Origin: Candidatus Micrarchaeota archaeon
GTDB taxonomy: Archaea > Micrarchaeota > Micrarchaeia > Anstonellales > Bilamarchaeaceae
Assembly (NCBI GenBank): GCA_043827025.1
Contig: JBDRPL010000006.1
Coordinates: 14,204-78,203, forward strand
DNA length: 64,000 bases
Direction: 5' to 3'
A program made the position numbers and the translations under genes. Shown one piece after another: positions 1 to 9,380 of this stretch (its first letter is position 1; the number at the start of each line of letters is the position of its first letter). The notes under the pieces are model-generated. The model ran no database searches and was not told where the DNA came from. It saw only the letters and a list, made by a program, of their open reading frames with translations.

Positions 1-27
1 CGAACAATGCAGAACACCCTGGGCTGT

Positions 28-465
28 TTATATGTAGTCTTCGCCTAGGTTTTCTTCGACCTGTTTGTTGATCTGTGCAGCAGTTTTCAATTCTCTCAGC
101 CTTTCTGTGGTTGTTATAAGCTGGTGTGAAATTTCTCTGTATTTTTTGGCAAGCTCTTCAACAGCCTTTTTTGTTGCCTCTATCCTTCTCCTTAATTCAC
201 GTGAGGCCATCTCAGCATCCATTTCTGTCATATATCCTGCTCCGATCGGTATGAGTATCTTTGTATTATACACATTGGCTTTTATGTAGGCTCCGCCGCC
301 TATTGGCACAAGCGAATCCTCTACCTCCAGCCTTTTTGCAGTGTTTTCTGCATTTATGAGGTCTAGGTTGGTGAGGCTGACCCTGTCAACTTCCTTTTGT
401 ATGAGCCTGAGCTGTTCTTCGTAGACTCTTCTTTCATACATCAGTGCATTTGGCTCGTTTTTCAT
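28..465 (-). CDS. pfdA: Prefoldin alpha subunit
   Basis: Coiled coil-beta hairpins-coiled coil with LVPIGGG and ILIPIGAGY motifs; conserved position after L20e; TAATG stop/start overlap. Confidence 0.93.
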   Translation of the reverse strand: MKNEPNALMYERRVYEEQLRLIQKEVDRVSLTNLDLINAENTAKRLEVEDSLVPIGGGAYIKANVYNTKILIPIGAGYMTEMDAEMASRELRRRIEATKKAVEELAKKYREISHQLITTTERLRELKTAAQINKQVEENLGEDYI

Positions 466-641
466 TATGCCACCTTCTGCACTTTTCCTATAATGACTTC
501 TCTTCTCGAAAGCCTATTGGTGGATCCGAAGAGCGCATAGGTTTTGTCTCTTGCATCCTTTTCGCTCTTTGCCTCGATTTCTTTTTCGAACACTCTTTTT
601 TGATCCTTAAATTTCAATTGTCCTGAAACATTGAATTTCAT
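465..641 (-). CDS. rpl18a: 50S ribosomal protein L18Ae/L20e (LX)
   Basis: FEKEIEAKSEKDARDKTYALFGS motif; start moved to ATG 641, which follows a GGTGA RBS. Confidence 0.9.
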   Translation of the reverse strand: MKFNVSGQLKFKDQKRVFEKEIEAKSEKDARDKTYALFGSTNRLSRREVIIGKVQKVA

Positions 642-672
642 ATATTCACCTTTGTTTATCATGATTATTAGA

Positions 673-1332
673 TTATAAAAATCCAAGCGATTCCTCGATT
701 CTGCCGAGTTCGTGCGCAGTTGTCTCTTCGCCTGCAACATACCCCTTGTCATTTGCAGTTAGCCCTACTGACACGAAGCCTACACCCTTGTTCACTGTGC
801 CCTTATTGCCATCTACGCCCAATACAGACCTTAGGAATTCCAATTCCTTGTCATTTGCAGCATAGTTGGTGAAGAATCCTTTGTTGTTGCAGATGCAACA
901 ACTCCCTACGGTGGAATGTCCTGCTATTTTTGTTTCTATGAGTTCTACCCCGAGTACATCTTCGATCTTCTTCTTTTCTTCCATGTTGACAAATCCATTT
1001 ACAATTCCTTTTTTGTCATTCACTGCGATATTATTGCCAAGCGCATTGTTCTTTTCACTTGAAACATGCACATTCATGCCTAATTGTTTTATCATCTTTA
1101 TTTCGGCCTGTGTTGTTATGTTTGGAAGCACTATGCCATTCGAGTTCATCAAGACATATGCTCCAATAAGGTTGGTGTTTCCTATTGTGGTGTGCACAAG
1201 TTCTGTCTTTAGGCTTTCTTTTATCTTCTGCCCTAGTTTTTCCGGACAGTCTGCAGGAACCAGCGAAAGCTTGTTGTTCGAGCGTATGAATAATCCCAAC
1301 CAGGGATTCCCGTAATATATGCCTGTTTTCAT
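673..1332 (-). CDS. eif6: Translation initiation factor 6 (aIF6)
   Basis: GNPWLG, NSNG, GNNIAVND, GTVNKG and TTAHELGRIEESL motifs; operon context. Confidence 0.96.
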   Translation of the reverse strand: MKTGIYYGNPWLGLFIRSNNKLSLVPADCPEKLGQKIKESLKTELVHTTIGNTNLIGAYVLMNSNGIVLPNITTQAEIKMIKQLGMNVHVSSEKNNALGNNIAVNDKKGIVNGFVNMEEKKKIEDVLGVELIETKIAGHSTVGSCCICNNKGFFTNYAANDKELEFLRSVLGVDGNKGTVNKGVGFVSVGLTANDKGYVAGEETTAHELGRIEESLGFL

Positions 1333-1730
1333 TTCTTTTCTTCCTTCTTTTCATTGCCTGTGCTTGTCGGACCTTTCTGCTCCTTTGCAGGCTTAGGCGG
1401 TTCCGTTGTTTTCTCCTCTTTCTTCTGCTCGTTTGCCCCTTCCTTTTTTTCCGCCTTTTTAGTTTCCTTTTCTATTTTTTCATCAGGAAGATAAACGCTT
1501 GCCACTCCATCTCTAACTATGACCCTTACCTTTATTTTTCTTGGAGGTTTTTCTATACCTCTGCACCATACTGAGCTGTTCAGGGCATTGCTGAGCTTTA
1601 CATCGTCCGCCTTTGTGCTCTTTCCGATGAAATCGCGCAGTATTTTCACAGTCCTTTCAGTTCTCCTAGTCCTAGTGTACTCATAGGATTTTGTAAGATT
1701 TACATTGATAACTTTTTCAACATCAGCCAT
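1329..1730 (-). CDS. rpl31e: 50S ribosomal protein L31e with K/E-rich C-terminal tail
   Basis: LNSSVWCRGIEKPPRKIKVRV motif; ATG 1730 after GGTGA. Confidence 0.93.
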   Translation of the reverse strand: MADVEKVINVNLTKSYEYTRTRRTERTVKILRDFIGKSTKADDVKLSNALNSSVWCRGIEKPPRKIKVRVIVRDGVASVYLPDEKIEKETKKAEKKEGANEQKKEEKTTEPPKPAKEQKGPTSTGNEKKEEKK

Positions 1731-1739
1731 TCGAATCAC

Positions 1740-1892
1740 CTAATCCTTGATTTTATCCCTTCTCCAGTTCCTTCTGCTGTTGTTTGCCTGGACTTTTCTT
1801 TTTGTCCTTATTGTGACGAATATCGGAAGCCTTCGATTCTGCTTCTTTGCCTTTGCAAGGCGCCCTTTCTTTTCTGAATCCTTTTTACTCAT
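1740..1892 (-). CDS. rpl39e: 50S ribosomal protein L39e
   Basis: KKGRLAKAKKQNRRLPIFV...RRNWRR motif; start at ATG 1892. Confidence 0.95.
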   Translation of the reverse strand: MSKKDSEKKGRLAKAKKQNRRLPIFVTIRTKRKVQANNSRRNWRRDKIKD

Positions 1893-1918
1893 AAAATTCC
1901 CTCGTGAATATTCTATTT

Positions 1919-2209
1919 TCATTTCCTGTTGAATGTTATAGTTGGCTGCCTTTCTTTTTCAGAAAGGAGCGTCTTGAGGATCTGCTTCAATTCCTCGTCA
2001 TTGATTTGTCTTTCTATTCTTTTATATATTGTGATTATGTTCTTCGCAGCCCCGAAATACAGGTCTTTGTTTGCGACCTTTACATTCGTTATCCGGCTAT
2101 AAGCATCTTCGGTGAGGGCTGCCCTGAGGAGGCCATTTATTTTTTCTTCGACTTTTTTAGCCTCTTCGCGTTCGTTGGAGCCTTTCTGCTCTTCATTCTG
2201 TTCAGGCAT
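1919..2209 (-). CDS. PDCD5-family dsDNA-binding protein
   Basis: LRAALTEDAYSRITNVKVA...INDEELKQIL pattern; canonical position between S19e and L39e. Confidence 0.85.
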   Translation of the reverse strand: MPEQNEEQKGSNEREEAKKVEEKINGLLRAALTEDAYSRITNVKVANKDLYFGAAKNIITIYKRIERQINDEELKQILKTLLSEKERQPTITFNRK

Positions 2210-2609
2210 TCATGATCTCCTTTGCTATCTGGTCCATGAGTTTTCTTCCCTTTGCGCTCAGTTCCCTTCCCCGTTTGGTCTTTACCAGGTATCCTGCAGT
2301 TTCAAGTCCCTGCAAAGCCTTTCTTATGGTTGAACCTCCAGTAGGTCTGTGGTGTTCTGGGGCGAGTCCGTTCTTCTTTCTTCCGCCATAGTGCCTTCTC
2401 ATCCTTTGAGTTCCTATGTGGGTATTCACATATGCTTGTCTCATAAGGGATGCGCACCTAATCTGCCAAAAGTTGCTTTGTTCTGGCGGTCGTTCGCAGT
2501 GCGGACCAGTCTTCACAAGCCCTACGAATTCCGGCTTTTTTATTTCTGAGAGCTTTTCAGCGAGTTTGCTGATCAATTCGTTAGGATCTACGTCTAATGC
2601 TGTTACCAT
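2202..2609 (-). CDS. rps19e: 30S ribosomal protein S19e
   Basis: VKTG-HCERPP, YGGRKKNG, GGSTIRKALQGLE motifs. Confidence 0.96.
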   Translation of the reverse strand: MVTALDVDPNELISKLAEKLSEIKKPEFVGLVKTGPHCERPPEQSNFWQIRCASLMRQAYVNTHIGTQRMRRHYGGRKKNGLAPEHHRPTGGSTIRKALQGLETAGYLVKTKRGRELSAKGRKLMDQIAKEIMNA

Positions 2610-2847
2610 TCATTATCACCATATTTTTTTCATTTCTATTCCTAATCTATGCTTAAAATAGGAGTATAAACTCTAAATACATCAATTTTAAAAGATATTT
2701 ATTCTTGATCGGAATCCTCAGATTCCGATGCTGAAAAATTTTTTATTAAAATTTTTCACTCCTTTTTTTGCCTTCATTGTTATTCTTTGTGTCGAATCGG
2801 ATATTTTTCCGTTCATTTTTTATTATTTTGCGTTAAACATCTATTTT

Positions 2848-3735
2848 ATGAAAATCGTTGTGTCAGATACTCTGCTGCCCGAAGTGCTTTCAAAGATGGA
2901 AGGTATTGGGACAGTGGTTTACAAGCCAAATGACTTGAACAAGGAACTGGAAGATGCAGATGCTCTAGTGGTGCGTAGCGCTACAAAAGTCACCCGTGAA
3001 CTTCTTTCCCATGCCAAAAAACTGAAAGTAGTTGCACGTGCAGGGGTTGGATTGGATAATGTGGATATCCAGGCCTGCCAGGAAAGAGCCATCAAAGTAG
3101 TCAACACACCTTCTTCTTCAACCAATGCGGTTGCAGAACTTGCCATGTGTTTTATGATTTGCCTTCTGAGAAAGGTCTGCAAGGCCAATTCCTTGCTGAA
3201 GGGGGGTAAATGGGAAAAGAACTCGCTAGTGGGAAATGAGATTGCAGGAAAAACCCTTGGAATCGTGGGTTTTGGAAGAATAGGCTTCTCAGTTGGCCAG
3301 AAAGCCCATGCCCTTGGCATGAAGATTCTTGCATACGACCCCCATCCAAAGAAGATTGATTGGGTTAGCTTCGTTGATCTTGACACTCTTTACAAGGAGT
3401 CGGATATCATTTCACTTCATACGATTCTTGTCCCTGAAACTAGAAACATGATAAATTCGTCTTCAATAGCGAAGATGAAGCAAGGAGTTTATCTGATGAA
3501 TATTGCAAGAGGCGAGCTGGTTGATGAAAATGCATTGTATGATGCATGCAAGTCAGGAAAGGTTGCTGGCGCTGCCCTTGACGTTTTTCCATCAGAGCCA
3601 TATTCCGGAAAATTGCTTGGGCTGGACAATATTTGTGCAACTCCTCACATAGGTGCAAGCACAAACGAGGCTCAGAGTGGAATTGGAGAAGAGCTCATAA
3701 TCAAACTTAAAGAGGCCCTTTCCCCTTCAGGATAA
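2848..3735 (+). CDS. serA: D-3-phosphoglycerate / D-2-hydroxyacid dehydrogenase (no ACT domain)
   Basis: VRSATKV, RAGVGLDNVD, GIVGFGRIG, NIARG, TPHIGAST; probable start ATG 2848 rather than ORF-track 2728. Confidence 0.85.
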   Translation: MKIVVSDTLLPEVLSKMEGIGTVVYKPNDLNKELEDADALVVRSATKVTRELLSHAKKLKVVARAGVGLDNVDIQACQERAIKVVNTPSSSTNAVAELAMCFMICLLRKVCKANSLLKGGKWEKNSLVGNEIAGKTLGIVGFGRIGFSVGQKAHALGMKILAYDPHPKKIDWVSFVDLDTLYKESDIISLHTILVPETRNMINSSSIAKMKQGVYLMNIARGELVDENALYDACKSGKVAGAALDVFPSEPYSGKLLGLDNICATPHIGASTNEAQSGIGEELIIKLKEALSPSG

Positions 3736-3807
3736 TTCCACAGCTCTCCCCTTTCTTCTCCATAAGACTTTTATACCTTGTTTTTGTTATCTTTCACAGG
3801 TGGATTT

Positions 3808-4023
3808 GTGGAAATTCCGGAAGTAAAAAATTTGGTAGTACCAAGGCCATTTTCAGTAGGGGATGAGCTGGAAGTGACTATTGAGACTCATGGAAAGCAA
3901 GGGGATGGCATAGCCAAGAAAGATGGATTTGTCCTGTTCGTAAAAAATTCCAAGAAAGGAGATGTTTGCAGGATCAAGGTCATTGATGTTAAATTAACAT
4001 ATGCTATTGCAGAGAAATTGTAA
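3808..4023 (+). CDS. Stand-alone TRAM-domain RNA-binding protein
   Basis: GKQGDGIAKKDGFVLFV motif; GTG start after GGTGG. Confidence 0.88.
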   Translation: MEIPEVKNLVVPRPFSVGDELEVTIETHGKQGDGIAKKDGFVLFVKNSKKGDVCRIKVIDVKLTYAIAEKL

Positions 4024-4026
4024 TTT

Positions 4027-5247
4027 TTAATCATTATTTCTTTTCGCAATATTTAGGAATAATACTATCAATAGGATTCCGATCATTCCGAATTCGATGT
4101 ATGTTATCTTTGTCTTTTCTTCTTCATAACCAATGCCTTTCCTCATATTTTGGCCATTCACTGCTCCTGTTTCAGATGTGTTTCCATTATAACTCAGCAT
4201 CCTGCTTCTTATGATTTCGCTGTGGGTTAGGATATTTCCGAATTCGTCCATAATCTCGACTTCAAGCAGGTTATCTCCGATTCCTGGATATGTGGAATTT
4301 ATTTCATATGCGTAGCCGAATGTCTTGCTTCCTCTGAGCAGCCCTTTTGGGATCGTGACATTTTCATGGTTTTCCTTTGCTCCATTAGTTTGGTTCATAG
4401 TTTCAAGGGAGATTATTCTCTGCATTCCAAGAGAATCACTTTCTATGTCGAATAGGTGGAATTTCCATTCTTTGATTGTTTCATTGTTTAGTTTGACTTG
4501 GGACGAATATATTTCCCTGTTCGTAAAAAATATGCTGTCAAACCTGTTGTTCCTGAACCACTGCTCCCTAAGTACAGGGGCCACAAGGAAGTGCTCTGTA
4601 GATTCTCCTTCCACCTGGTATGTGGAATTTATGGCAACATCGCGAGTCATGCTGATTTGATCATCAGGAGTTGGCTGTAGCCCGCAGCCAACCACACCCT
4701 CTCCAAATGACTGTGGTTCCCACACCTCTCTTTTTCTGTCATATATGAAAGCGAACTGTACATTTATGCTGATTTGTATGGTGTCTTTTTCAGATGCTGC
4801 AAGTTCATTTGTGTTGAATGGTATTGTGAAATAAAATTCAGGGTTTTCGATTGTCTTTGTTATGTTCTTAAATACGAACTTTGCGATTGTTTGCACATTA
4901 TAATCTGCAAGTTCAAGGTTCGTCTTATCCACCTTCCCAAAGCAATAATATCCATCTTTAGAAGGTGTTTCGTCATGGTATTCTTCATCGTATCCTGAAG
5001 CAAAAGTCCAAAGGACATCCGGAACTTGCGAATAACTTATTCTGGAGTCTATGGATGGATCTATTGCAAGCATTGTTGCATTTGCAAAATATACTGGCCC
5101 TTCGGAATTGTTTTGCATCGCCGTATATTTGGCTGATGCTCCCACTAGCACATTCAGGTTATTCAATTCTACCTCATTTAGGGGGGGTATTTCATAGGTT
5201 GAAAAAATCAAGGTAATTGCCAATAGCATTGCAAGGGCACATTTCAC
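4027..5247 (-). CDS. Secreted/surface protein with C-terminal membrane anchor, function unknown
   Basis: N-terminal signal peptide, many N-x-S/T sequons, C-terminal TM plus basic tail. Confidence 0.75.
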   Translation of the reverse strand: MKCALAMLLAITLIFSTYEIPPLNEVELNNLNVLVGASAKYTAMQNNSEGPVYFANATMLAIDPSIDSRISYSQVPDVLWTFASGYDEEYHDETPSKDGYYCFGKVDKTNLELADYNVQTIAKFVFKNITKTIENPEFYFTIPFNTNELAASEKDTIQISINVQFAFIYDRKREVWEPQSFGEGVVGCGLQPTPDDQISMTRDVAINSTYQVEGESTEHFLVAPVLREQWFRNNRFDSIFFTNREIYSSQVKLNNETIKEWKFHLFDIESDSLGMQRIISLETMNQTNGAKENHENVTIPKGLLRGSKTFGYAYEINSTYPGIGDNLLEVEIMDEFGNILTHSEIIRSRMLSYNGNTSETGAVNGQNMRKGIGYEEEKTKITYIEFGMIGILLIVLFLNIAKRNND

Positions 5248-7130
5248 AAAAAGTCCTCCAGTTTTTCTAGAGTTACTAATTCTATTTGCCTATTGAACTG
5301 AGATACTCGCATACCTGCCTTTTCATCTTGGCTCATCTTTCCGATTGCTTCTTGTTTTTCGGATTCGCTTTCGAAAACCACGATGGCCCTTTTAGAAAAC
5401 TTGTCGCCAAAGAATCCGATCTCATAATTCTTGGTCACGAATCTATCTCCTTTTTCATGGAATTCTATTCCCTTTCCGATGAGCCTATCCTTTACCTTTC
5501 TTTTCATGGTGTTTTTTTCCAGATTTGCAGTGCCTATTTGATAGTACCCGTCATGCGAAGCCATTCTCTTTGACTTTTCCATTGACCTCAGTATTTCCTC
5601 GACGTTTCCTTCACTCACTTCTGCATCATCTGTAAAATGCTTCTTTAGTAATATGACTATTTCTTCGACAGTGATTGGTCCGTCAATGTCAAGGTCTTTT
5701 TTTGCATAGCTGAATATCTTTAGCAGCTCTTGAGGCCTTATCACAAGTTCTTTTCTGTTTTTGAATTGCGCTTCCGCAAGCTTTATTACATAAACAGGCT
5801 TTTTTATCATCTTCGTCCAGAGGTATATCAGGAAGATAACCAGTATTCCAGGAATACCATATTTTAGGTATGTGTCTATGATGCTTTCGTCATTATTATC
5901 TACAGTTAGCCCATAATCTGCATTTTGGTATCGTATCCATATGACATTCTTCCCTTTTTTCAGATCTGCCCTAAGGACTATTTGTCCGTTGGTTATGAAT
6001 GCTTTTTTTGTATTTTCAGAATCCTCAAGCCAGGCAAGGGCCTCGCCATTTTCTATCGGCTTTCCATCTATGGTGGCATCCACAGTTATGCGTTGGCCAT
6101 ATCTTTCAGCCAGACTCATTTCTATTTTTTTGATATGCAATATTCCGCCGCCTATTGTTCCAGTATCATCACTTACATCCACAATAAAATCCCCTGTCTG
6201 ATTCAGCAGGAACCTTTTTGAGAAATAGTTCTGTTCTATGACCCTCTGGAGTTTTTCCCTGGCGATTTCATATCCCCCCTTTCGTATTGTCAGGTAAGCA
6301 GTTCCATTGGTTTTGTTAAGGAAGAACTCATATTCTATTTGTTCTCCCGGGTAAATATCTAGGTATCCAAGGCTCAGGTCTTGTTTGTCCAGTAATCTAT
6401 CCAAGACCTTCATAGCTCCTGTTTTGTCAGGATATATCAAACGCAGATAATTATGCTGTGAAGCGTTCAAGTGGATTATTTCCATGGAATCTACATTCAC
6501 CACATATTTTTCTGCACCTCCAAATGATCCCTCCAGGATATCGCGGAATACATTGTCTTTTTTTGCAAAATAGTCTATGAGGTCCATTTCCTTGACAACG
6601 ATTCCAGAGTATTTTTCATCATACCATTCTAGCTTCTTCATTTCGATGTCGAATATGAGGTCCTTTCTTCCGATGTAGATTATTTTCGTTTCGGAATATC
6701 TATCAAAATTATCCAGGATTTCCTTTGGCATGGCTCCAGTTGGAATCACAAAAGTCCCATTTTTTGGAGCAAACGTCTCATCAACTATTTTTACCTTGTA
6801 ACCATAACCTTCTATTTCTTTGGCTTGCATTACCAAATCATCAAATCTCTCATATCCAAGCCCTCTTTTTCTGAGAATGTATATCTCCCTGCTGGGAAGT
6901 TCGTCTAGTAATATTGCAGTGATGTTTCCAGAACTTCCGTTCGCCAGGACTGCATATGCAATGTTGCCTATGCTGCCTATTTCAATTATCCCTATGCCTT
7001 CCTTTGCATTCTTCTGATCAGGTGCGCTGTTATTTCCTAAAAAAAGCACGAGCAATATCATTGAGAGAACAACAATTGCGATTCCCATCTCCTTTGCTTT
7101 CATCCAGTCAAAACCCCGATAACTATTCAC
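5244..7130 (-). CDS. Bitopic membrane protein: large extracellular region plus cytoplasmic wHTH-like domain
   Basis: N-terminal TM, second TM (YGIPGILVIFLIYLW), then a helix-helix-wing pattern; overlaps the pheS stop. Confidence 0.7.
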   Translation of the reverse strand: MNSYRGFDWMKAKEMGIAIVVLSMILLVLFLGNNSAPDQKNAKEGIGIIEIGSIGNIAYAVLANGSSGNITAILLDELPSREIYILRKRGLGYERFDDLVMQAKEIEGYGYKVKIVDETFAPKNGTFVIPTGAMPKEILDNFDRYSETKIIYIGRKDLIFDIEMKKLEWYDEKYSGIVVKEMDLIDYFAKKDNVFRDILEGSFGGAEKYVVNVDSMEIIHLNASQHNYLRLIYPDKTGAMKVLDRLLDKQDLSLGYLDIYPGEQIEYEFFLNKTNGTAYLTIRKGGYEIAREKLQRVIEQNYFSKRFLLNQTGDFIVDVSDDTGTIGGGILHIKKIEMSLAERYGQRITVDATIDGKPIENGEALAWLEDSENTKKAFITNGQIVLRADLKKGKNVIWIRYQNADYGLTVDNNDESIIDTYLKYGIPGILVIFLIYLWTKMIKKPVYVIKLAEAQFKNRKELVIRPQELLKIFSYAKKDLDIDGPITVEEIVILLKKHFTDDAEVSEGNVEEILRSMEKSKRMASHDGYYQIGTANLEKNTMKRKVKDRLIGKGIEFHEKGDRFVTKNYEIGFFGDKFSKRAIVVFESESEKQEAIGKMSQDEKAGMRVSQFNRQIELVTLEKLEDFL

Positions 7131-8467
7131 AACCTTGCTTTTTTAAGAAAGCCCAGGTCATTTTTATAGAATTCCCGTATGTCTTCCAGCCCTAAGAGCA
7201 TCATTAGTGGCCTTTCAAGACTAAGTCCCCATGCAAGAACTGGGTAAGTGTCTGCAAGAGGTATACTTACTTCTGGCCTGAACATTCCTGCCCCTCCCAA
7301 TTCCATCCATTGTTTTCTTGGTTCGAAATAAACTTCTATCTCAAGGCTTGGCTCAGTATATGGGAAGTAGCTAGGCCTGAATCTTATTTTGTCGAATCCA
7401 AGGCTTTTATAGAATTCTTTCAATATGCCTAACAAATCCCTGAATGTCGCACCTTCCCATGAGATTATGCCTTCTATCTGGTAGAACTCTGCAAGATGTT
7501 TGTAATCTGTAGCTTCATTCCTGAACACCTTTCCTATTGCAAAATATCTTTTTGCATCTCCCTTTTTTATCTTTGAAAGATATCTTGCGCTTAATGCTGT
7601 GGTATGTGTTCTTAGGACAAGCCTTTCAGCTTCCTCTTCCTTCCATTCGTATCCCCAGCCTTTTTCGTGGGCTTCCTTGACTTTCTTAACAAGTTTCGCA
7701 TCAGGAAGAGCTTCCTTTCCTTCAACATAGAAGGTATCTGCAAGTTCCCTTGCAGGATGGTCCTGCGGCTGGAACAAGGAATCAAAATTCCAGAATGCAC
7801 TTTGGACTATGCTTCCTTCCATTTCACAGAAGCCCATGGAAAGAAATGTTGATTTTATCTTTGATTCCAGTTTAGAGAGTGGGTGTTCCTTGCCTAAGGG
7901 TGCATTCTCGCTTTCCACGGAAATATCAAATCCTTCACTTATCTGAACTTGTTTTCCCGTGTACTCAATTATCACAGATTTTGTCGCCTTAGTCTCCACA
8001 AGCTTTCTGCGTTTGAGATCCTCAATGAGATGATCGTCTAAAATAGAGATGCCTGATTTTAATTTGGAGTACAATGTCTGGAATTTCTTTTCACTAGCAT
8101 CCACTTCCTGTGGATTTGCAGTAGGCACTACGATTCCCTCTTCTATCTTTATCCATTTCTTTGCATTTCCAAGTCCAAAACGCCTTTCATCCTGGGCCAG
8201 ATCACCTATCTTCAATTTCCCCTCACATGCCCTTTTGTATATATTGCTTTCAGGAGTTCCGTTTTTAGCATATTTTGCAAATTCTTCAGTGGGTACGAAA
8301 ACCTGGGTTTCTGTTGAGAAAAGGTTCAGGTATCCATTGGATTTGAGGGATTCGGATGCGCGCCTTACAGTATCTGCGTCAAGTCCTGTTGCTTGCACTG
8401 CTTCTTCCATTAGGCATTTCTTCTTTCTCATGATAAAGTCAAGTATTTCTTTTTCTCCCTTGTACAT
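7127..8467 (-). CDS. pheS: Phenylalanine-tRNA ligase alpha subunit
   Basis: FWNFDSLFQPQDHPARELADTF, LRTHTT, FRNE, YFPYTEPS, GAGMFRPE. Confidence 0.97.
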   Translation of the reverse strand: MYKGEKEILDFIMRKKKCLMEEAVQATGLDADTVRRASESLKSNGYLNLFSTETQVFVPTEEFAKYAKNGTPESNIYKRACEGKLKIGDLAQDERRFGLGNAKKWIKIEEGIVVPTANPQEVDASEKKFQTLYSKLKSGISILDDHLIEDLKRRKLVETKATKSVIIEYTGKQVQISEGFDISVESENAPLGKEHPLSKLESKIKSTFLSMGFCEMEGSIVQSAFWNFDSLFQPQDHPARELADTFYVEGKEALPDAKLVKKVKEAHEKGWGYEWKEEEAERLVLRTHTTALSARYLSKIKKGDAKRYFAIGKVFRNEATDYKHLAEFYQIEGIISWEGATFRDLLGILKEFYKSLGFDKIRFRPSYFPYTEPSLEIEVYFEPRKQWMELGGAGMFRPEVSIPLADTYPVLAWGLSLERPLMMLLGLEDIREFYKNDLGFLKKARL

Positions 8468-8471
8468 AGGC

Positions 8472-9317
8472 TCACTTTTTTGGTTTTACGCTGTTTAGGT
8501 AAAAATATGAAAAGAACAATATAATAAGTATTAGAATTATGGCCATGCCTTCATTGCTGTATACTGTGTTTTGAACCTTTTGGAACGAGTCTCTGAAAAA
8601 TCCGCTTACTTCAGAGTAGATCGTTTCTTCTGTTTCAAAAACAAGGACTGGGTTTGCAGGAGGCGTATTTGTCCACACCACTTGTTCCAGGCTCATTGGG
8701 AACTTTTCGTTTTCCAAGCCAGTACCCATGGGTTTCAGATCGCTCGGAGTTTTGATTATCGCGCCTTTTGGAAGCTCGATTATGACGATGTGGTTCTTAT
8801 CTATTATTGTCTGGTTTTTGTCTGTGGTGGTGAACAGCAGTATTTTGTCATTTAATGTATACCTGGTTGTTCTTGGCTTGTATTTTTCAAGAGTGAATAT
8901 CCCTGTTTCGCTTACTGGAATGCCGTCTGAATCCCGCTTTGGTTTTGCAATGTATTGTATCCATATCTCCGCAATACAGGCTTTTTGATAGACATTGCAC
9001 CTATTATCGTTTATAGGCTGCGGGACTATGCTTAATTCCTCCATGGCGATTCTTGAAGTGTCTATGTTGTATTGTATCTCTTTTACTCCTGTTACGTTGA
9101 ACCAGAATGACAATTCGTTCCTGTTGATTCCGCTTTCATACGACTGACGGTCTTCATCACCGGTTATGGTGAACCGTATCTTTTCATTTATTCTTGCAGA
9201 TCCGTCCTTTCCAATATCGCCTATTCCAACTTCAACTTTGTTGAAAGTGAATGTTGCAAAGCTGGTTGTAGCTATAATTATAAGGATAAGGCAGGCAATC
9301 GCAATATTTTTCTTCAT
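8472..9317 (-). CDS. Secreted protein with C-terminal TM anchor, function unknown
   Basis: Signal peptide MKKNIAIACLILIIIA; hydrophobic C-terminus. Confidence 0.75.
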   Translation of the reverse strand: MKKNIAIACLILIIIATTSFATFTFNKVEVGIGDIGKDGSARINEKIRFTITGDEDRQSYESGINRNELSFWFNVTGVKEIQYNIDTSRIAMEELSIVPQPINDNRCNVYQKACIAEIWIQYIAKPKRDSDGIPVSETGIFTLEKYKPRTTRYTLNDKILLFTTTDKNQTIIDKNHIVIIELPKGAIIKTPSDLKPMGTGLENEKFPMSLEQVVWTNTPPANPVLVFETEETIYSEVSGFFRDSFQKVQNTVYSNEGMAIILILIILFFSYFYLNSVKPKK

Positions 9318-9380
9318 GAAAAATATGTCGTTGATAACTAATTAAAATCTACGCTTTCATATTATCTCGGTGATTTTTCT

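Noticed and set aside
1..7. Possible TTG start of ftsY at the window edge (minus strand, after GGGTG)
   Set aside because: Fits the usual pfdA-ftsY order, but only two codons are visible
2728..2847. Hydrophobic N-terminal extension of SerA in the ORF track
   Set aside because: Translation of T-rich intergenic DNA; family similarity begins at MKIVVSD (2848)
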